A program made the position numbers and the translations under genes. A model generated the notes under the pieces. It was not told the origin of the DNA. It ran no database searches and was given only the letters and a program-made list of their open reading frames with translations. Below are positions 59,045-64,000 of a stretch of DNA of 64,000 nt, one piece after another (within the stretch, counting starts at the first letter, position 1; each line of letters opens with the position of its first letter). This DNA comes from Candidatus Zixiibacteriota bacterium (GTDB lineage Bacteria; Zixibacteria; MSB-5A5; UBA10806; 4484-95), in NCBI GenBank assembly GCA_037441845.1, contig JBBIRK010000004.1, forward strand, positions 191,074 through 255,073, given 5' to 3'.

Positions 59045-60400
59045 ATGATTTACGATAAATGTGGCGTATTTGGAATCACCGGCACGCGAAACGCCGTAAC
59101 CCTCACATATTTTGGCCTTTATGCGCTTCAACATCGGGGACAGGAATCATGCGGAATCGCCGCCAGCGACGGTGCCAAAATCACGCTCGCAAACGGTATG
59201 GGTAAGGTAAACGAGGTTTTCGCTATGCCTGGGCAGTTGAAGAAACTTAAGGGCCATATGGCGATAGGTCATAATCGATACTCAACCACCGGCGAATCGA
59301 TACAAACCAATACTCAGCCGCTGATGATCAATTGCAAATTCGGCCCTCTGGCGATCGCCCATAACGGCAATTTGACCAACTATAGAAAATTGAAAAAGGC
59401 GATGGAAGCGGAAGGATCGATTTTCGGAACGACATCCGACACCGAGGTCATACTTCACCTGATCGCCCAATCGAAAAAAAAGCGTATCGAGCAAGCTTTG
59501 GCCGATGCTTTGAGAAAGGTTACCGGGGCGTATTCCTTAGTAATTCTGACAGGCCGCAACTTGATCGCGGCCCGCGACCCCGCCGGGGTCAGGCCGTTGG
59601 CGCTCGGCAAATTGAGAAACTCGTGGGTTGTGGCATCGGAAACCTGTGCATTCGATATTATTGGGGCCCGTTATCTGCGGGATATCGAACCCGGCGAAAT
59701 TCTATTGGCCAACGGCGGAAAGTTGAAGTCCTACAAGATTTTGCCGGTGCGCAGACATGCTTTTTGCATATTCGAATTTATCTATTTTTCGCGGCCTGAC
59801 TCCATGATTTTCGGCATCAACGTCGATAAAGTCCGTCGCCGACTCGGGAGACAGCTTGCCAGGGAGCATCCGGTTGAAGCCGATATCGTGATCTCCGTCC
59901 CGGACAGCTCAAATACGGCCGCGCTCGGTTTCTCGGAGGCCGCAGGAATTCCCTATGAAATCGGCCTGATACGCAATCACTATGTGGGGAGAACATTTAT
60001 CGAGCCCGAACAGAAAATCAGAGACCTTGACGCCAAAATAAAATTCAACCCGATTAGAGGTGTTTTGAAAAACAAGCGAGTGGTCATCGTAGATGACTCG
60101 ATAGTCCGGGGAACAACCTCGCGAAAGCTGGTGAAACTTATCAGGGAAGCAGGGGCCAAGGAGGTCCATATGCGGATATCATCGCCGCCTATAATAAGCC
60201 CCTGCTACTACGGCATCGATATGCCCACCAAGAAGGAGCTTATCGCTTCCAATCGTTCCGTAAGTTCGATCCGAACCTACCTTGGGGTGGATTCGTTGGG
60301 ATATTTATCCATGGATGGCATGCTTTCTTTGGCGGCATTGCCGAAATCGGAATATTGTCATGCTTGTTTTTCTGGGGAATATACCATCCCTATAAAATAA
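59045..60400 (+). CDS. purF: amidophosphoribosyltransferase
   Basis: CGVFG after a short propeptide, LQHRGQE, RYSTTG, HNGN, VDDSIVRGTT, PCYYGID, C..CF.G.Y. Confidence 0.97.
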   Translation: MIYDKCGVFGITGTRNAVTLTYFGLYALQHRGQESCGIAASDGAKITLANGMGKVNEVFAMPGQLKKLKGHMAIGHNRYSTTGESIQTNTQPLMINCKFGPLAIAHNGNLTNYRKLKKAMEAEGSIFGTTSDTEVILHLIAQSKKKRIEQALADALRKVTGAYSLVILTGRNLIAARDPAGVRPLALGKLRNSWVVASETCAFDIIGARYLRDIEPGEILLANGGKLKSYKILPVRRHAFCIFEFIYFSRPDSMIFGINVDKVRRRLGRQLAREHPVEADIVISVPDSSNTAALGFSEAAGIPYEIGLIRNHYVGRTFIEPEQKIRDLDAKIKFNPIRGVLKNKRVVIVDDSIVRGTTSRKLVKLIREAGAKEVHMRISSPPIISPCYYGIDMPTKKELIASNRSVSSIRTYLGVDSLGYLSMDGMLSLAALPKSEYCHACFSGEYTIPIK

Positions 60401-60731
60401 GCTTATAAGAGCATTAGTTGCCCTTACGCAGACCTGGCGCAGCCAAAGGCATTGCGTATAGCTTCATACGCATAACATACGCATTAAAGTTGTCTTGACT
60501 CTCGCCACTGTTTCTATTAGTTAAATGCTGAAATCGCAGGATTGCCGTTTAGTTATTTCCCGGCAAGCCAGGCTTTATAATGATACGGCGAACGAAAGGA
60601 GGGCATGGAGAAGCAAATTTCATAGGTGACTGATTATATTTGTTTTGCGGCAATCGAGGAGGTCTCTTTCATCATGAATAGAGGCCTCTATTATTGAATA
60701 CCCGAATTATCTGATCACCCCAATGCGGCTT

Positions 60732-61643
60732 TTACCAGCGGCGATAGCGCCAGAAAAGTATGAATATCACAACCGATATCAAGGCCAGAAACATTATTAT
60801 CCAAAACGCGTGTTCCAATGTAGCCAACGGAATTTTTACGTTCATTGAAAACGCGCTGACCACGAATGTCGGCACCATTATGGCTATCGTGATTATATTC
60901 AGGGTCTTCATCAACACGTTCAGGTTGTTGCTGACTATCGATGCTCTCGCATCCATAAGGCTTGCCAGGATATTCGAATAAACCTCCGCCTGACGGTAAC
61001 ATTGATTATTCTCCACCTGAATATCATCGACCAATTCTTGTTCCTCAACTTGAAGTCCTATCTTGGAAGCATTGATTTTGATTTTATCTATAAGCGCTCC
61101 GTTGGAACTGATAGAGCTCAAGTAATAAACCAGGCTCTTTTCGAGCGTGAACAGATTTATCAAATGCCTGTTTTCCATCGAGGTATTGATTTTCATCTGC
61201 AATTCATCGGAAATAGTGCTGATGATTTTAAGATGCTCGAGAAAATGAAATATGGAGCGATAAATCATTTTCAACGTAAGATATACCGCCGAAAACGGCC
61301 TATTCAATGTTATCCCGTCGAAAATCGGAATATCTTCGGACGCCACCACGATTAACTTGTCTTTGAATATAAATGAACCGATAGATGATACTTTGAACAG
61401 GAATTCATCTTTGACCGAATAATTGCGCGGCCGTTTGAAAATTATCGCCAGATGCTCAGGCTCGAATTCCAAGCGGGAAAGCTCATCGGGATCGAGCGCG
61501 GACAAGAGAGTATGCTCATCGATTTTCCACTCGTTGATCAGATACCTGCGCTCTTCTTCGGTGGGGCAGATAACCAGAAGAATCGGTCCTTCCCGATCGA
61601 CTCTCACCGGTTTGCGATCGATTATATCGTAGTTGTAACGCAA
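60732..61643 (-). CDS. corA: CorA family Mg2+/divalent cation transporter
   Basis: ALDPDE..R.E, NNLN..MK.L, FSMNV (variant of GMN), two C-terminal TM helices. Confidence 0.85.
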   Translation of the reverse strand: MRYNYDIIDRKPVRVDREGPILLVICPTEEERRYLINEWKIDEHTLLSALDPDELSRLEFEPEHLAIIFKRPRNYSVKDEFLFKVSSIGSFIFKDKLIVVASEDIPIFDGITLNRPFSAVYLTLKMIYRSIFHFLEHLKIISTISDELQMKINTSMENRHLINLFTLEKSLVYYLSSISSNGALIDKIKINASKIGLQVEEQELVDDIQVENNQCYRQAEVYSNILASLMDARASIVSNNLNVLMKTLNIITIAIMVPTFVVSAFSMNVKIPLATLEHAFWIIMFLALISVVIFILFWRYRRW

Positions 61644-61751
61644 ATATCCTCTTCTCTTGTCAAGGTCTCGACAATTGGTTACTTACATAATTGTTATCGG
61701 CCGAATCTCCAAAGGTCGGATTATATTGTATGGCGACTGATAATGATCAAA

Positions 61752-61833
61752 TGCGGAAGGGGGGATTTGAACCCCCATGCCTTGCGGCGCCACCCCCTCA
61801 AGATGGTGTGTCTGCCAATTCCACCACTTCCGC
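61752..61833 (-). tRNA. tRNA-Leu(GAG)
   Basis: GCGGAAG acceptor, GGTGGAATTGGCAGACAC D-arm, CCATC-TT GAG GG-GGTGG, long variable arm, TTCAAAT; lies after secG as in the E. coli secG-leuU pair; CCA not encoded. Confidence 0.96.
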
Positions 61834-61911
61834 ATCAATTCCGGTGATTTTCAAAATTATGACGGCGCCGGAACAATGACGGTAAAATGTCCTCGATTGG
61901 CCGCCGTCAAG

Positions 61912-62337
61912 TTACTTTCCCTCTGAAGGCTTGGCCTCCCCGCTTTGCTGATTGCCGGAGGGAGGCTGCTGCTGTTCCTGAGCCGGTGGAACCGGAACCT
62001 CGCTGCCCTGTGGCTGTTCCTGTCCGGGCAAAGCAGCCGGAGATGTCCCCGGCAATTGCTGCTGCAATTCCTTTTTAACGGCCGATTCGGTCTTGGCCGC
62101 CTGCCGTGCAGGGGAAACGAAAGTCAGCGCAAGACAGGAAACCATGAAGGCGATCGCCAATATCGTCGTCGTCTTGGAAAGGAATGTGGCGGCCCCACGT
62201 CCGCCGAATACGGCCCCGCTCAGGCTGGTTCCGCCGAATGCTCCGGCCAATCCCTCGCCCTTGGCCGATTGCATCAGAATGACAAGTATAAGCGAAGCGC
62301 AAATGAATACGTGAATTACTATCAGAATCGCAAACAA
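61912..62337 (-). CDS. secG: preprotein translocase subunit SecG
   Basis: two TM helices, LMQSAKGEGLAGAFGG, FLSKTT; P/Q-rich tail. Confidence 0.95.
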   Translation of the reverse strand: MFAILIVIHVFICASLILVILMQSAKGEGLAGAFGGTSLSGAVFGGRGAATFLSKTTTILAIAFMVSCLALTFVSPARQAAKTESAVKKELQQQLPGTSPAALPGQEQPQGSEVPVPPAQEQQQPPSGNQQSGEAKPSEGK

Positions 62338-62435
62338 TTTCTGCTCCTTAAATTTCCTTCATCCTAAAATTCAATAAAAAAACAAAATAAGCATTTTAGT
62401 CCCTCAGTCAAGCCTAAAATCGACGATTTTGCCAA

Positions 62436-63200
62436 TCAAGCGCTTATCGTGTTAATTATCCCCAAAAATTCAGCCGATTTAAGACTGGCGCCGCCTACCA
62501 GAAACCCGTCTATATCGTTTTGCGCGAAAAGCTGACCGGCATTCGAAGCTTTCACCGATCCTCCATAGAGAATTCTGATTTCATCCGCATTCCGTGCGTT
62601 TTTCTGCAACAGACTTCTCAAAAAGGCATGCACTTCCTGCGCCTGATCGGGGGTGGCGTTTTTGCCGGTTCCGATCGCCCATACCGGTTCGTAGGCGATC
62701 ACGATTTTGTCGAAATTCGCGATTCCAGCAAGCGATTCCCGGAACTGCCGTTCTACAATTTCTTGGGTTCTGCCCGATTCCCTATCCTCAAGGGTTTCTC
62801 CCAAACAAACGATAGCCGATAATCCGGTTTCGATCGCTTTTTTGAGTTTACGATTGACCGCCCCATCGGTCTCGCCGAAAAGCTGTCTTCGTTCGGAATG
62901 TCCGATTATAACGTATTTACAACCGGCCTCTTTTAACATCTGCGCGGAAATTTCTCCAGTAAATGCGCCCCAATCTTCCCAGTGGATATTCTGGCCTCCG
63001 AGCTTTATCCTCGTTGATTTTATGAGCTGATAAATTTCCGTAATCCAGACGTAAGGCGGGCAGAGGGCTATTTCGATCTTGTAAAGTGATCCCGTGGCCT
63101 GGGCTATCTCTTTCGCCAGTCGCAAGGCCTCCTGGCGATCGGTGTTCATTTTCCAGTTTCCGGCCACCATAGGCACCCGGTATGGGGAGGTCTTGCCCAT
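62436..63200 (-). CDS. tpiA: triosephosphate isomerase
   Basis: AGNWKM, GHSERR, AYEPVWAIGTG, YGGSV, LVGGASL. Confidence 0.98.
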   Translation of the reverse strand: MGKTSPYRVPMVAGNWKMNTDRQEALRLAKEIAQATGSLYKIEIALCPPYVWITEIYQLIKSTRIKLGGQNIHWEDWGAFTGEISAQMLKEAGCKYVIIGHSERRQLFGETDGAVNRKLKKAIETGLSAIVCLGETLEDRESGRTQEIVERQFRESLAGIANFDKIVIAYEPVWAIGTGKNATPDQAQEVHAFLRSLLQKNARNADEIRILYGGSVKASNAGQLFAQNDIDGFLVGGASLKSAEFLGIINTISA

Positions 63201-63201
63201 G

Positions 63202-64000
63202 CTAATTCCGCTCCGTCAAGGCCGCCACACCGGGTAGTGTTTTCCCCTCAAGAAATTCAAGCGATGCGCCTCCGCCGGTAGAGACATGAGTTATCTTGTC
63301 GGTTAGGCCTGCTTTCGCGAGCGCCGCCACCGAATCTCCACCGCCAACGATACTGACGGCGCCCCGTGAAGTGGCCTCGGCTATGGCTTGCGCGATCGCC
63401 AGAGTCCCTCCGGCAAAAGCATCCTTTTCGAAAATCCCCATCGGGCCGTTCCATACTACAGTCCGCGCCTCACCTATAATTCGTGAAAATTCTTTCTGGG
63501 TGGCGGGACCGATATCCACTCCGAACCAGTCCGGCGGTATCGCCTGCTTGGGAACGGTCTTGGTCTTAGTGTGTCCGTCGAGAGCATCGGCGACCAAAAC
63601 ATCAGAAGGCAAAATCGGCTGTTTTTCAGGCGCGAGTTTGAGCAGATTTTCCGCCTCGGAAATCCTATCCGCCTCGACCAACGATTTGCCGATCTCCAAG
63701 CCCGCCGCACGATAGAACGTAAACATCATTCCCCCGCCGATCAATAAAGTGTCGACCTTATCGACGAGGTTTTTGATTACATCGATTTTTCCGGATATTT
63801 TCGCCCCTCCCATTATCGCCACGAACGGTCTTTTCGGATCGGCCAAAGCGGCGCCCAGATATCCGATTTCTTTCTGCATCAACAATCCGGCCACAGCCGG
63901 TTTGAGAAAAGTTGTCACTCCATGCGTGGAGGCATGCGCCCTGTGCGCCGAGCCGAAAGCGTCATTTACGTAAATATCACCGAGACGGGCCAGCTTGCTT
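63202..64000 (-). CDS. pgk: phosphoglycerate kinase (5' end lies outside the window)
   Basis: open frame to the window edge with [44 protein letters not shown]. Confidence 0.97.
   Translation of the reverse strand, partial: SKLARLGDIYVNDAFGSAHRAHASTHGVTTFLKPAVAGLLMQKEIGYLGAALADPKRPFVAIMGGAKISGKIDVIKNLVDKVDTLLIGGGMMFTFYRAAGLEIGKSLVEADRISEAENLLKLAPEKQPILPSDVLVADALDGHTKTKTVPKQAIPPDWFGVDIGPATQKEFSRIIGEARTVVWNGPMGIFEKDAFAGGTLAIAQAIAEATSRGAVSIVGGGDSVAALAKAGLTDKITHVSTGGGASLEFLEGKTLPGVAALTERN

Noticed and set aside
60605..60697. TAG read-through extending MEKQIS to a 30-codon ORF
   Set aside because: TAG is used as a normal stop elsewhere (apt, rluB, accC) and there is no evidence of recoding.
61700..61900. 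tRNA genes as integration sites of genomic islands
   Set aside because: No integrase or duplicated tRNA 3' end seen near either tRNA.
1..64000. CRISPR array, prophage, transposase, rRNA
   Set aside because: No regularly spaced repeats or hallmark genes found by eye.

Overview
A gene-dense bacterial chromosomal window of roughly 50% GC, made up mostly of housekeeping genes. The organism is a diderm: it has LPS genes (an msbA-like transporter, an O-antigen ligase, two GT9 heptosyltransferases), outer-membrane beta-barrels and a TonB domain. Two secreted metalloproteases carry NYPNPFN-type FlgD-Ig/T9SS-like C-terminal domains, which suggests an FCB-group lineage such as Zixibacteria (inference). 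Core genes include apt, efp, rnhC, ctpA, trpS, scpA/B, rluB, cmk, plsC, rpsA, rel, uppP, proS, a three-part biotin-dependent acyl-CoA carboxylase, purF, corA, secG, tpiA, partial pgk, tRNA-Arg(CCG) and tRNA-Leu(GAG). No CRISPR array, integrase, transposase or prophage was seen. The most unusual observations are: (1) an EF-P whose PGKG loop is replaced by TAQRR, with Gln at the normally modified Lys; (2) a MoeA/gephyrin-like protein that has lost its conserved acidic catalytic residues; (3) an unannotated ~190-nt minus-strand small RNA candidate with promoter, anti-Shine-Dalgarno loop and terminator; (4) an AmmeMemoRadiSam radical SAM enzyme with a Tat-like leader next to a spermidine-synthase-like membrane protein; (5) a WYL regulator divergent from a lipoprotein/OM-barrel/M6-protease operon; (6) a HisKA-only kinase-like protein; (7) several apparently leaderless genes. 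All calls come from motif reading by eye; no database searches or folding calculations were run.
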